Program-made: the position numbers and the translations under genes | Virus record (IMG/VR): IMGVR_UViG_3300028610_000483 | Span: 1-61,007 of that record | Source: a virus | Lineage: Duplodnaviria; Caudoviricetes | Strand: one strand, 5' to 3' | DNA: 61,007 nt | In this document: piece after piece, positions 27,230 through 37,211 of the stretch | Numbering within the stretch: position 1 is the first letter of the stretch | Layout: every line of letters starts with the position of its first letter | The notes under the pieces: model-generated | The model's database searches: none | What the model saw: only the letters and a program-made list of their open reading frames with translations | Told to the model about the DNA's origin: nothing

Positions 27230-27535
27230 ATGACAACGGTTCATAATGATTGGAAAGACTTTGATCGACAAACGTTTTGGGATGTCCTAAAGAAGTATAA
27301 GGATATCGCAACAGCCGTCAGCGACGCCGGACGCATGATTGAGGTTGGTAATGCTAAAGGTGTTCAAGCATGGGTGAATCGGAAGATTGATCCAGCGATT
27401 CGTGTTGACGTAGTATCAGCATTAAATGAAATGGGTTTCAACTTGACTGTTGATGATGAAGTCAACGGTGTGGTTAAGAAAAAGCTTGGTAGACCACAGG
27501 GCAGTAAGAATAAGACTAAATCGGGGAAGAAGTAA
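27230..27535 (+). CDS. HTH-like protein with a C-terminal AT-hook
   Basis: AGGAG RBS; ends KKKLGRPQGSKNKTKSGKK. Confidence 0.6.
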   Translation: MTTVHNDWKDFDRQTFWDVLKKYKDIATAVSDAGRMIEVGNAKGVQAWVNRKIDPAIRVDVVSALNEMGFNLTVDDEVNGVVKKKLGRPQGSKNKTKSGKK

Positions 27536-28089
27536 TGCCTAGAGAGTATCTTGTAGGTCATGGCAAAGCTAAACAATGGTCTATTGATTGTTATGAAGCT
27601 AGTGATGGCCCATTAATTGAACGACGTATATTACAAGTAGATGATCTTTGCATTGCAGAGGACATTGCTAAAGCATTTACAAAGGCGGCACAAGACGAAT
27701 AGGATATTGACAATGCATAAATCCATATGGAAAAGAATCTGGAATGAACACGCAGGTTGGTGTGAAGAAGCTACGCGTAGTTGGGGTGGAGAACAACGGC
27801 ATATTAGTAAGGTAATAAGTAGTTATTATATCGAAACTATTAATTGGAGAAAAGTGTGGCGTAAATTTAACAAATGGTTTGAAACTTTTAAGGCATTAGA
27901 TTCATTCTTGTGCGTAGACTGGATAGAACAACAAGAAAAAATAGAAGAGTTAGTCAATGAACAGATCAATAGTTAATCGAGCCTTAGAGAAAGCAGCCCA
28001 AGCCGAAGCAGACGGCGACGAGAAACGTGCTGCACATTGGATGGAAGTTGCTGACAGAGCCGAAGCTGTCTATGATCGTAAGGAAAACA

Positions 28090-28959
28090 ATGCATAGCTA
28101 CATTCATAAGTTTACTAAGGAACATCTCACAGTCGAAAAGCGCAGCCCACAGACGACTATCGACAGCTATGAGTTACGTCTATCTCTGCTACAATCGTGT
28201 CTCAAAAAACCTTTGCACACAGCAACACGTCAAGAGATTGTAGACATCTTTGCTAGTAAACGTGCGAACTGGCAACCATCAACACAGAACGCCTATCTGA
28301 CGGCTTTGCTTTCATTCTTTAACTATCTTGTTGAGAACAAGTTGCTTGACATTAATCCCGTTGAAGGAATCCATTTTGCTGCTACGCCTGTTAATCAGGA
28401 TGTGCGAATCCTGACTCAAGCAGAGCTTACTGAACTGTTAGTAAATCCTTGTGGCGAAGATGATTACAGTCGAGAACGTAACAGAATGATCTTGTATGTG
28501 TTTGTTGACACAGGTATACGGCTATCTGAGCTGTCGAATCTGAAAAAGGAAGATATAGATGGGCAAACAATTACCATTCAGAAAGGTAAAGGAAACAAAT
28601 TCAGACGAGTGTTTATCAGACAATCTACTACAGCGTTGTTGCAGGATTACATTAGACTGTTTGCTCAAGATGGGGCTTTTGTTGGCAGTGAGTATTTATT
28701 TACTGGTCGCTCTGGCAATAATCTTAGTGGACGTTATATACAAAAGATTGTTCAGGAGACGACACAACAACTAAACATTAATGGGGTGCATCCTCATACG
28801 TTTCGACATACCTTTGCAACCAACTACCTTAAATTAGGTGGGTCAGAGATCACGTTGATGGAGTTGATGGGTTGGACAAGTATTGAACGTGTGCAGATTT
28901 ATCGACATTATGACGACACAGCCCGTAGAGACGAATATAACCGAATCATGGAGGCATAG
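28090..28959 (+). CDS. XerC/XerD-like tyrosine recombinase
   Basis: SAM-like N-domain; catalytic R (TGIRLSEL), K (KGKGNK), HTFRH, MGW and Y. Start refined to MHSYIH. Confidence 0.93.
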   Translation: MHSYIHKFTKEHLTVEKRSPQTTIDSYELRLSLLQSCLKKPLHTATRQEIVDIFASKRANWQPSTQNAYLTALLSFFNYLVENKLLDINPVEGIHFAATPVNQDVRILTQAELTELLVNPCGEDDYSRERNRMILYVFVDTGIRLSELSNLKKEDIDGQTITIQKGKGNKFRRVFIRQSTTALLQDYIRLFAQDGAFVGSEYLFTGRSGNNLSGRYIQKIVQETTQQLNINGVHPHTFRHTFATNYLKLGGSEITLMELMGWTSIERVQIYRHYDDTARRDEYNRIMEA

Positions 28960-29109
28960 AATGTTTGTGTTTGTGTTTGCCGGATGTATAATGTTACTGG
29001 CTATGCTATCTAACATTTCAGATCGTTTGACTCGGATTGAGAAATCCTTGAAGTCGATAAAACAGTTTAATCTTCGACAAGAACTCTACTATAAAAAAGG
29101 GCAACGATA

Positions 29110-30240
29110 ATGGTAAGTGAAGATATGATTATGAGTTTCAGTCTGAACGGTGAAACGTTTGAGGTAACACTGACTGCACAAGAGTATGCTATCTCACAGC
29201 ATAAACCTATACGAGTGAAACGTGGTGGGTTTGTGTTTCAGGATAAGTTTTCTGTAGACAATCCCATCGACGAAGAGGCAGTAGACCTTGAAGGTATACC
29301 TTTCGTAGATAGGTTAGCAGAAGATGATATTCTTACGCCTCAAAACTTTGACGAGTTTGTGGGGCAAGATGGACTCAAGCAGATTATACATATCAATATA
29401 CAGGTAAGTCAAAAGCTTGGGAAAGTGTTGCCTCACGTTTTATTGCATGGTTACAAAGGATTAGGAAAAACCACGTGTGCGAAGTTGATAACCAAAGCTG
29501 TAGGCACTAAGATGGTGCGGGTCACAGGTGGTATGCTAGAGACAAAGCAAGACCTTGTAAACTGTCTGAAACAAATAGACGACGATCATCTCGTGCTGTT
29601 CATTGATGAGATTCATGCGGTGAGTCGTAACGTAGGTGAAGTGCTTTACTCTGTCATGGAAGAGTTTTTGTTTGAGGGTAGACCTATCAGAGAATTTACG
29701 GTGTTAGGAGCAACAACTGAGATGGCTGATATGGTCAATAAGTTTAGCCCTATGATAGATCGGTTCGGAATCAACTACGCCTTGGAACCGTATACCGAAA
29801 AAGAACTACAACAGATCATTGAACAGTTATCAAAAAAGCAGACTTGTGTAATGGAAGTCAGAGCACTACACAGTCTCAGCCGAATCAGTCAGAAGATAGC
29901 CCGAATTGCGGTCAATTTGTTTCAGAACGTTTACAACTTAATGATCTACCACGCCGACAAACTTGTTACACAATCACATGTGGATGAACTGATGAAGTTG
30001 TATGGAATCTACAGTAACGGTTTGACAATGAATCACGTTAAGGTGTTACGTGCATTGTCTGGTGGCAAAGTGATTGGGTTGAATGGTATTGCTCAGAAGC
30101 TACGTATGGCTGAAAAGAACTACCAGTTGTATCTTGAACCTATCCTAGTGGAAGAAGATTATATTGAACGCACACCTAGAGGTAGAAAAATTACTGAATC
30201 AGGGTTACAGTTTCTTCAGGAGATAGATAATGCAAATTGA
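29110..30240 (+). CDS. ruvB: Holliday junction branch-migration ATPase RuvB with an N-terminal extension
   Basis: FDEFVGQ, LPHVLLHGYKGLGKTT, LFIDEIH, FTVLGATT, DRFG, and EPILV...IERTPRGR. Confidence 0.92.
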   Translation: MVSEDMIMSFSLNGETFEVTLTAQEYAISQHKPIRVKRGGFVFQDKFSVDNPIDEEAVDLEGIPFVDRLAEDDILTPQNFDEFVGQDGLKQIIHINIQVSQKLGKVLPHVLLHGYKGLGKTTCAKLITKAVGTKMVRVTGGMLETKQDLVNCLKQIDDDHLVLFIDEIHAVSRNVGEVLYSVMEEFLFEGRPIREFTVLGATTEMADMVNKFSPMIDRFGINYALEPYTEKELQQIIEQLSKKQTCVMEVRALHSLSRISQKIARIAVNLFQNVYNLMIYHADKLVTQSHVDELMKLYGIYSNGLTMNHVKVLRALSGGKVIGLNGIAQKLRMAEKNYQLYLEPILVEEDYIERTPRGRKITESGLQFLQEIDNAN

Positions 30241-30783
30241 AACTCGTTTTAGTTTAGGTCAAATGGTCACAATTAAGGAACTTGATAGACCAGGAAAAAT
30301 ACTAAGTATTACTGTCAATCAGATCGGGGTTACTTACAACGTTCGCTATTGCGATCAAGCAGAATTTAAAAACGCTTCTCTATTCGAAGAAGAATTGCAA
30401 GAGCTATGACAAAGAAAGAACTGACAACACAGATTACAGAAATAGATGTCAAGCTGATAGAGTTTATTCAGGAAGAGATAGAACTAAAAGATGAGTTAGA
30501 CCAGACCGACTACTTGCACGACACGAAAGAGTTTGTTCATTACGAAGCAGAGTTTACTAGAATACAAGGACGTAAAGATAAGCTAACAGGCCAAAAGAAT
30601 TGGCTCATAGCACAGCTAGAAAGGAAATAACCATAATGGAAAAGCTAACACGTAACGATTTTATCACATACGCAACAGCAAGTTTAGCTAGTATGGAATA
30701 TGGATGTAAGTCTACGGTTAAAAAAGCCGCTAAACTTGCAAATCAGCTAGAAGAAAGAGGCGAAGCATCTTGGCTAGAGGATA

Positions 30784-31206
30784 ATGCTCATGTGTAAAAA
30801 ACTAGACAAAGAAGCCAACCAACTGTTGAAAGGCACAGATTACAAGTGGCCTCCGAGAAGACCACACTTCTACAAAGGAAAGGAACGACAAAAATTAGTT
30901 GATTGGCAAGCAATAGAACAAGGATTCAGTAATGGAAAACCAGTAGCACGAGAATTACGTGAAGCAGTATTAACTAATCCGTTTCAGTCATTTTTTTCTG
31001 ACTTGAATTTTAAACAGATGATGTTGATGCTACCACGAACACAAAGACATGTGGCATTAATGGTCTATAAACACAATTATACCTTTAAAGATGTATCAAC
31101 ACGTCTGTATGCTAAAGGGTTCACTGAAACACGAATTTCAGAAGCAGCCGTAGGGAAACGAGTTGGAAGAATTATAAAAACTCTACGGCGGGGGTTGAAA
31201 AACTAG
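30784..31206 (+). CDS. Sigma70 region-4-like HTH protein, lacking region 2
   Basis: LPRTQRHVALMVYKHNYTFKDVSTRL...SEAAVGKRVGRIIKTLRR. Confidence 0.65.
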   Translation: MLMCKKLDKEANQLLKGTDYKWPPRRPHFYKGKERQKLVDWQAIEQGFSNGKPVARELREAVLTNPFQSFFSDLNFKQMMLMLPRTQRHVALMVYKHNYTFKDVSTRLYAKGFTETRISEAAVGKRVGRIIKTLRRGLKN

Positions 31207-31225
31207 CGAGTTGTGGTAATAATAT
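31190..31225 (+). promoter_or_regulatory. Putative second-class promoter GGGGGTTGAAAAACTAG...TAATAATAT heading the replication genes
   Basis: 16/17 match to the late-arm promoter at 19738-19722 (minus strand). Confidence 0.55.
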
Positions 31226-31412
31226 AGTGGAGAACACAACATGAGTGATGCACAAATAAAAAGGGTTTCCGTAGAAACCGATTGGGATTGGTTGCTTGTT
31301 GCAGTCAAACGAAGTATTGACAAGCTACCCAAGAGCGCATTTACTTTATCGGATGCATTAGCACTCGAAGGACTAGCAACCAGAATTCGTTTGAAACTAT
31401 CAGGGGGCAGTA

Positions 31413-32327
31413 ATGGCAGCAAAGAAAAAGAGTGATCCTACCCCACATTTTATTTTACCTCATCTGCACAAAGCACTGCAAGATTCTGAATCTGTGCAAC
31501 GTCAATCTGGCACAACAAACTATCCATCATCAGCATCTATTGTGCATGAAAAGAAAGGTGTGCGTTTAGTCACTGGTGCATGTCTTCGGGCTGAGTATTG
31601 GCGACGAACACATGAACCAAAAACAAACCCGCCTGATGCTCAAGGCTACCTCAAGATGTTGATTGGTAAAGTTGTTGAAGAAGCTTTGGTGAATCTGATA
31701 AAAGAAAAAGGAATGTGGCGGGGCAATAACATTAAGTTTTTTGAACCAGAAGTTGAAGCCAGTGGTGAAGCTGATGTGTTCTTTTGGTTGGATAGACTGA
31801 ATGGGTTAGAAATCAAAACTGGTTATGGTTACTACTTTTCCAAATCAGTCTTAGATGCTAAAACAGGTATGCCAAAAGACGATCATCTACTTCAGACGTT
31901 CTTCTATTTGAAACAGGCATGGAACTTTGATGGTGAACAAGTAACATTACCGTGTTGGAATATCCTATATATGGATCGTGGGGATGGTGCTGACAAAGAG
32001 TTTTACATCTTCAGTCGAGATGGTAACGACTTGTGGATAGGTTCACAACATCAAAAACCTGTTAAGCATCCCTATATTACATGGGAAGGCATTAAGAAAC
32101 GTATGGAAGAGTCTGATGCGTTTGTCAATACAGGTATGTTACCTCCTAATGATTACGTGCTAAAATTTACACCAGAACGAGCCAAACAGCTTTTTGATCT
32201 TGGTGAGATGTCAAAAACAGCTTACAAAAAGTTTGTAGACAATAAACCTGGAATCAAAGGTGATTGGCGTTGTGCGTATTGCAATTGGAAAGATACATGT
32301 TTGAAAGTAGGACAAGAGAAAACATGA
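31413..32327 (+). CDS. Cas4-like PD-(D/E)XK nuclease with 4-Cys Fe-S signature
   Basis: YPSS..GACLR, SGEAD, EIKT, QxxxY (QTFFY), and C-terminal CAYCNWKDTC. Confidence 0.85.
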   Translation: MAAKKKSDPTPHFILPHLHKALQDSESVQRQSGTTNYPSSASIVHEKKGVRLVTGACLRAEYWRRTHEPKTNPPDAQGYLKMLIGKVVEEALVNLIKEKGMWRGNNIKFFEPEVEASGEADVFFWLDRLNGLEIKTGYGYYFSKSVLDAKTGMPKDDHLLQTFFYLKQAWNFDGEQVTLPCWNILYMDRGDGADKEFYIFSRDGNDLWIGSQHQKPVKHPYITWEGIKKRMEESDAFVNTGMLPPNDYVLKFTPERAKQLFDLGEMSKTAYKKFVDNKPGIKGDWRCAYCNWKDTCLKVGQEKT

Positions 32328-32556
32328 TTAAGCTGAAAACGTTTCTGATTATTCTTGAATCTGAAGTCAATAAATGTAAAACCTGTAAAGGGAAGGGTGA
32401 GATTGAAGAACACTCTGTTAAAGACTACGGAGAGCTTGGACAGGATGTAGATACAAAAGTGTTGTCGTGTCATGAATGCCGATTACTTAGAAAAGTTATT
32501 GAACGTGTGCAAAAACGAGAAGAAAGCAACCTCAAACGAAAGGAACGTCGATCATC

Positions 32557-33366
32557 ATGAAGAAATTTATTGTAGTGCTTCTCGCAATTGTGGCTTTATT
32601 GGTTTTGGTGTTTTCACGTCCTGCCGGAGCTGATATTATCGGTGGAACTCCGCAAAACGGTAGTATTCATCATAACACTGTTGATTCAAATAACGACTCT
32701 CATGATAACAACAACAGCAACGTGAACAGACCAGTTGCAAATGCACGTGGAGGCAACGCCGAATCTAATGCAGTAGGTATTGGTGTTGGAATCGGTAAAG
32801 GCGGTCGTGGTGGTGATGGCGGTAATGCAAATGCTGTTGCAGCAGGAGGGCAGGGCGGTAGTGCTGAACAAGCACAGAGACAACAACAAGATCAAGTCAC
32901 AGATGTTGATGTAAGAAATAGAAACAACCAAGATACTGATGTGTCTACGAACGTTAATACAGGTGTCAATACAACGGTTGGAAATAAAGGTGTTGTTAGA
33001 AGCAACAACGATAATCGTAGCTCGGCTGAACAACAATCAGTTGTTGAAACCAACGTTCAGGTTGAGGGTAACAACTACTCTTCCAATTATACTGACGAAA
33101 GTATTTATGCTTCAATAGCTACACAACCTGGAAAGAGTGAAGTGCAAATTGGTGTTCCTGGGTTAGCAGCTATTACATTGTCAGATGATACCAAAGTCTC
33201 AACATTAAACCTGACACTTCATACAACGTTAGAGCTTTACAAGGCAGGTCTGGTATCAGAAGAAGATGCTAGAGCAATCGTTGCAGAAGAACTCCAACAT
33301 CTACGCAAGGCGGCAAATGGGCCGCGTGGTCGCACGTTGTTTAATCTGTTTGGTATACTGAGGTAG
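32557..33366 (+). CDS. Secreted Gly/Asn/Gln-rich low-complexity protein
   Basis: Signal peptide MKKFIVVLLAIVALLVLVFSRPAGA, then GGNA/NNN/QQQ tracts. Confidence 0.75.
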   Translation: MKKFIVVLLAIVALLVLVFSRPAGADIIGGTPQNGSIHHNTVDSNNDSHDNNNSNVNRPVANARGGNAESNAVGIGVGIGKGGRGGDGGNANAVAAGGQGGSAEQAQRQQQDQVTDVDVRNRNNQDTDVSTNVNTGVNTTVGNKGVVRSNNDNRSSAEQQSVVETNVQVEGNNYSSNYTDESIYASIATQPGKSEVQIGVPGLAAITLSDDTKVSTLNLTLHTTLELYKAGLVSEEDARAIVAEELQHLRKAANGPRGRTLFNLFGILR

Positions 33367-33368
33367 TC

Positions 33369-33950
33369 ATGCAACTAGACCGTAACCTAGTTATTGTTGA
33401 TGTAGAAACGACAGGTGTTGATCCTGAAACAGCATCTGTAATACAACTAGGTGCAGTAGTATTTGGTCGTGATGGATATTTAGTAGATAGAAGTTTCATG
33501 ACTTACATTCAACCGTATCGTCAGAGTTGGAGTATAAAAGCACAAAAAGTGCATGGCTTTACACGAGAATTTTTAAGTGAGAATGGACAGGGCGTCGGTT
33601 CTGCTCTTGGTAAGTTTGAAAATTGGCTGAAACTTAAACCTGAACATGAGTGTGATAGCCTCTATGTTGGTCAATGGGGTTGTGGTTTTGACACGGACTG
33701 TCTTCGATCAGCGTATGAGTTTATCGGTATAAGATACCCATTCTCGTATCGTTCGTATGATATTGCTTCGTTTGTTCGGTTGTATCTAGCGTCACAAAAT
33801 ATGTTAGATACAGACTGTAAAAACGGAGAAGTTGACTGTGCAAAGAAACTTGGGATTGAAGCCGACCATAAGGAAGCTCATGACGGTTTATACGACGCTA
33901 GACTATCAGGTTTGATGTTACAAGAGGTGATGCAACGATGTGGTTCTTAA
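33369..33950 (+). CDS. DEDDh 3'-5' exonuclease (DnaQ/RNase T-like)
   Basis: VDVETTG, GFD, AHDGLYDA. Confidence 0.92.
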   Translation: MQLDRNLVIVDVETTGVDPETASVIQLGAVVFGRDGYLVDRSFMTYIQPYRQSWSIKAQKVHGFTREFLSENGQGVGSALGKFENWLKLKPEHECDSLYVGQWGCGFDTDCLRSAYEFIGIRYPFSYRSYDIASFVRLYLASQNMLDTDCKNGEVDCAKKLGIEADHKEAHDGLYDARLSGLMLQEVMQRCGS

Positions 33951-34366
33951 TGCTTAAATGTGTGATCGCAGCAGGACTTGGTTTTCTTGTCGGACTGAAT
34001 CGGGCGAGGCTAGACAAACCTTGTGACTCACGCGATTTTGCGTTAGTGTCGTTAGGTGCAGCGTTTTTTACGCTTGTTGCATTACGTGCGCTAACATTGT
34101 TTCCGAATGTTGAAGGAGCAATGGCTATTAACGCACTTCTTCGAGTTGTGAGTAATATTGTTGTCGGCATGGGTTTTCTTGGTGGAGGTATTATTTACCG
34201 AACAAAGAACACCGCAGAAGGTATTACAACGGCGGCTGGCTTATGGGTTATTGCTGCTGTAGGAACGGCTGTAGCACTTGGATTGTATTTAGAAGCCGTG
34301 TTTGTTACCTTGTTAATTTGGATTGTATTTCGATTGCAATTGAACGTTCAAAGGAGCAAAGCATGA
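33950..34366 (+). CDS. mgtC: MgtC/SapB family membrane protein (TM domain only)
   Basis: GFLVGLNR, RDFALVSLGAA, RVVSNIVVGMGFLGGGII, GITTAAGLW. Confidence 0.9.
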   Translation: MLKCVIAAGLGFLVGLNRARLDKPCDSRDFALVSLGAAFFTLVALRALTLFPNVEGAMAINALLRVVSNIVVGMGFLGGGIIYRTKNTAEGITTAAGLWVIAAVGTAVALGLYLEAVFVTLLIWIVFRLQLNVQRSKA

Positions 34367-34917
34367 ATATTGCAGAAGTGTTAGACTATGGTGAAAATGC
34401 AACAGCTACAAACATTGTAGCCAAGATGGATCGACTAGGCGAAGACAAAAATAACAAGACAGAAGGTAACTATCAACTAGGTCGGTTGAAAGACAAGACA
34501 GGGGAAGTGTGGTTTATTCTTTCTGGTGGTGGGTTAGATCGAGACGTAAGAAAATTAGATGAAGTGACAATCAATAAAGCGAAGGTTGAGATAGACAGTC
34601 GTGGAAAGAAACGTCTTCGTTTTGATAAAACAGAAGTTGTATCTGATATCGTGGAGACGAGTGATGAGCCTAAAGCAGAATCGAAGAGCGAGACTAAACA
34701 AACTACTAAAAAAGAAAAGGCCACAACCACTAGTCGAAAAAAAGAAGTCCTCCCTGCCGACGAACTCGTTACCAAAGCAGCAAACGTAGTTGCTCAAGCG
34801 TTTGTTGATGTTGAAAATGCTCTTGATGGACGAGATGTGAGTCGAGATGTTGTAGCGGTATTAGCAGCTACGGCGGCTGCACCTGTGTTGGCTGTGTTGC
34901 TGGATGTTAACAACTAG
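34363..34917 (+). CDS. OB-fold protein, putative SSB/RPA-like
   Basis: GRLKDKTGEVWFIL...VTINKAKV OB pattern; located near the primase-helicase. Confidence 0.55.
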   Translation: MNIAEVLDYGENATATNIVAKMDRLGEDKNNKTEGNYQLGRLKDKTGEVWFILSGGGLDRDVRKLDEVTINKAKVEIDSRGKKRLRFDKTEVVSDIVETSDEPKAESKSETKQTTKKEKATTTSRKKEVLPADELVTKAANVVAQAFVDVENALDGRDVSRDVVAVLAATAAAPVLAVLLDVNN

Positions 34918-34925
34918 GGGGTCAC

Positions 34926-35240
34926 ATGTTTAGACGTATTGTAGCACTCGTAGCGATTAGCACAGTATTGTTTACGTCTAATGTGTATGCAGATTGGACA
35001 GTTAGTGATATTCGGCAAGTAAATTCGAGTTACGAAGGTGTCGTGTATTTGGTTCGACGTGCTATGAATGATCCTCGTCTTCAAACAACAGACGGTAGAG
35101 CATTTACAGTCGAAGAACGACAAGCTATTGTTGATACAGTCGTCTATGACTCAGCCGATAAAGCGATTATAAAGGAGCTACGCAGAATTCGTCGTGCTTT
35201 GAATGACATTGCACAGAAGCTTGATGGCCTAGCAAATTAA
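34926..35240 (+). CDS. Small secreted protein
   Basis: Signal peptide ending VYA. Confidence 0.65.
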   Translation: MFRRIVALVAISTVLFTSNVYADWTVSDIRQVNSSYEGVVYLVRRAMNDPRLQTTDGRAFTVEERQAIVDTVVYDSADKAIIKELRRIRRALNDIAQKLDGLAN

Positions 35241-35249
35241 GGAACCCCA

Positions 35250-37211
35250 ATGAAGCATAAAGATTATTGCTATGTTGATGTGGCTATTGGTGGGCCTAGC
35301 AAACGTAACAACTTTATCAATCTTGCTACGGAGTCTGTCGAGTTACCTGATCCACCAGTCGAATGTTATCAAACAGCATTTCGTTATCCGAAGGTAATTA
35401 CTGAGGGAACAGCAGGCTATAGAGGTTTACATTATCTTGATGCCGTATACTTTGACTTCGATCATGGTGCTGATTTTACTTTAGATAATTGTCGAAATTC
35501 TACAGCAGCATTTCTTTCGTGGCTGCAATCAGCATACAAAATTCCTGCTGATGCTATAGATATTTGGTTTAGTGGACGAAAAGGTTTTCATGTTTATATA
35601 CCAAGCGCGTTGTTTGGAATCAAACCTTCAACTCGTCTTGCGTCTGTTGTGCGACAACTCGTAGAGCACTTAACACAGCAATTTGATGAAGAAGTAAAAG
35701 CTACGGGTTTACTTAAGATGATTGACCTTAAAGTATATGATCGTGTGCGTTTGTTCCGTCTTCCAGGCAGTATTCATGGTAAGTCAGAGCTTTACAAAAT
35801 TCAGTTAAGTCTTGAAGACTTATGGGAGACATGTGCAGAAGACATTGAAGAGCTTGCAACTAAACCTCAGATGGGTGTGTTGGAATTAGATTTTGATGTA
35901 GAACCTATACCGGCATTGAAGGCGTTGTATGACTCGTTTGACTTAAAGGTTGAAACAAAGTCTACAGAAGGTAGCGACGAGACAAAGCCTGATTTCAAAT
36001 ACGGAGAACCCTGCTATATCCGTATGCTAGAAGGTGTTGGAGAGGGTCAACGTGACGCTGTATGTCTCCGTTTAGCCACGTTCTTTAAAAAGAAGGGTAT
36101 GGACAGGGCTATGGTAGAGACAGCCCTTCTACAGTGGAATGAGAAGAACGATCCTCCCTTAGAAGATTGGGAGGTTGAGAAGACAGTGAAATCTGCATTC
36201 ACTGTTGATTATGATTTTGGATGTAATGATGATCTTCGAAAACAATTTTGTGGAGATCAATGTATTCGGTTACATAAACAAGCCGAAAACTTCGATGCTG
36301 TTACTTCATGTGATCGAGTGTATACCGAACGCGAAAAAGAGATTCTTTCTAATCTGAATGAATCAGACATTCTATCACCAACCGATTTATTAGATGGCTA
36401 CAGTAAATTTATTGCAGACATTAGTAAACATCGTGTCCTACTTGGTATTAAACCATTGGACGAGGCCATGAAAGGTGTATGTCCTGGGGAAATTTGCACC
36501 TTGTTCGGTCTACCACAAACAGGTAAAACAGCATTACTACTAAACATGCTACTTCATGTGAATGATAATTATGATTTTCCTGTTGTATTCTTTTCCTTAG
36601 AACAGACGGCAGCTCAGATTACTGAACGTTTTATTCAAATTATCACACAAAAATCTAGCAGTGATGTCGAGTATATCTTTCGCAACAAACCGAAAGACAA
36701 AGACAACTTAATGAAGATGGTTGCAGCTCGTTTAACAAACATATACATTGTAGAGAAAGCAGGACTCGGCACCCTACAGATGGAAGAATATGTTCGTAAG
36801 CTACAACAGGTTACAGGTAAGAAGGTTGGTTGTATCGCCATAGACAATCTCACAGAGATGTTTGCTTACGGACAGAACGACATCGGGCGTATTTCGAAAG
36901 CTATGGTGAATCTTGCACAGCTCGTGAAGGATTTATCAGTGCCTCTGTTACTGATCCATCATGCATCTTCAAAGGCTGTTGATGAAGGAGAGCCGGTTTA
37001 CTCAAAGCACTTGCTTAGCTCTAGCAATGTCGAACGGGCAAGCACGTTTGCTGTTGGTATGTGGCGGGAGATTCAAACCACAAACCGTGATGTATTACGT
37101 ATAGCATTAAGGAAAAATCGTAAAGGTAATCCAATCAATCAACTTGATCTGAAATTTGATTTGAAGACACTGACGATTTTAGATTCTCTAAAGAAACAGG
37201 AGTTTATCTAA
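35250..37211 (+). CDS. Primase-helicase: AEP primase + PriCT + DnaB-like SF4 helicase
   Basis: FDFD, FSGRKGFH, RLPGS; GEGQRD...WNEKNDPPL; GLPQTGKT, FFSLEQ, IAIDNL, KNRKG. Confidence 0.92.
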   Translation: MKHKDYCYVDVAIGGPSKRNNFINLATESVELPDPPVECYQTAFRYPKVITEGTAGYRGLHYLDAVYFDFDHGADFTLDNCRNSTAAFLSWLQSAYKIPADAIDIWFSGRKGFHVYIPSALFGIKPSTRLASVVRQLVEHLTQQFDEEVKATGLLKMIDLKVYDRVRLFRLPGSIHGKSELYKIQLSLEDLWETCAEDIEELATKPQMGVLELDFDVEPIPALKALYDSFDLKVETKSTEGSDETKPDFKYGEPCYIRMLEGVGEGQRDAVCLRLATFFKKKGMDRAMVETALLQWNEKNDPPLEDWEVEKTVKSAFTVDYDFGCNDDLRKQFCGDQCIRLHKQAENFDAVTSCDRVYTEREKEILSNLNESDILSPTDLLDGYSKFIADISKHRVLLGIKPLDEAMKGVCPGEICTLFGLPQTGKTALLLNMLLHVNDNYDFPVVFFSLEQTAAQITERFIQIITQKSSSDVEYIFRNKPKDKDNLMKMVAARLTNIYIVEKAGLGTLQMEEYVRKLQQVTGKKVGCIAIDNLTEMFAYGQNDIGRISKAMVNLAQLVKDLSVPLLLIHHASSKAVDEGEPVYSKHLLSSSNVERASTFAVGMWREIQTTNRDVLRIALRKNRKGNPINQLDLKFDLKTLTILDSLKKQEFI

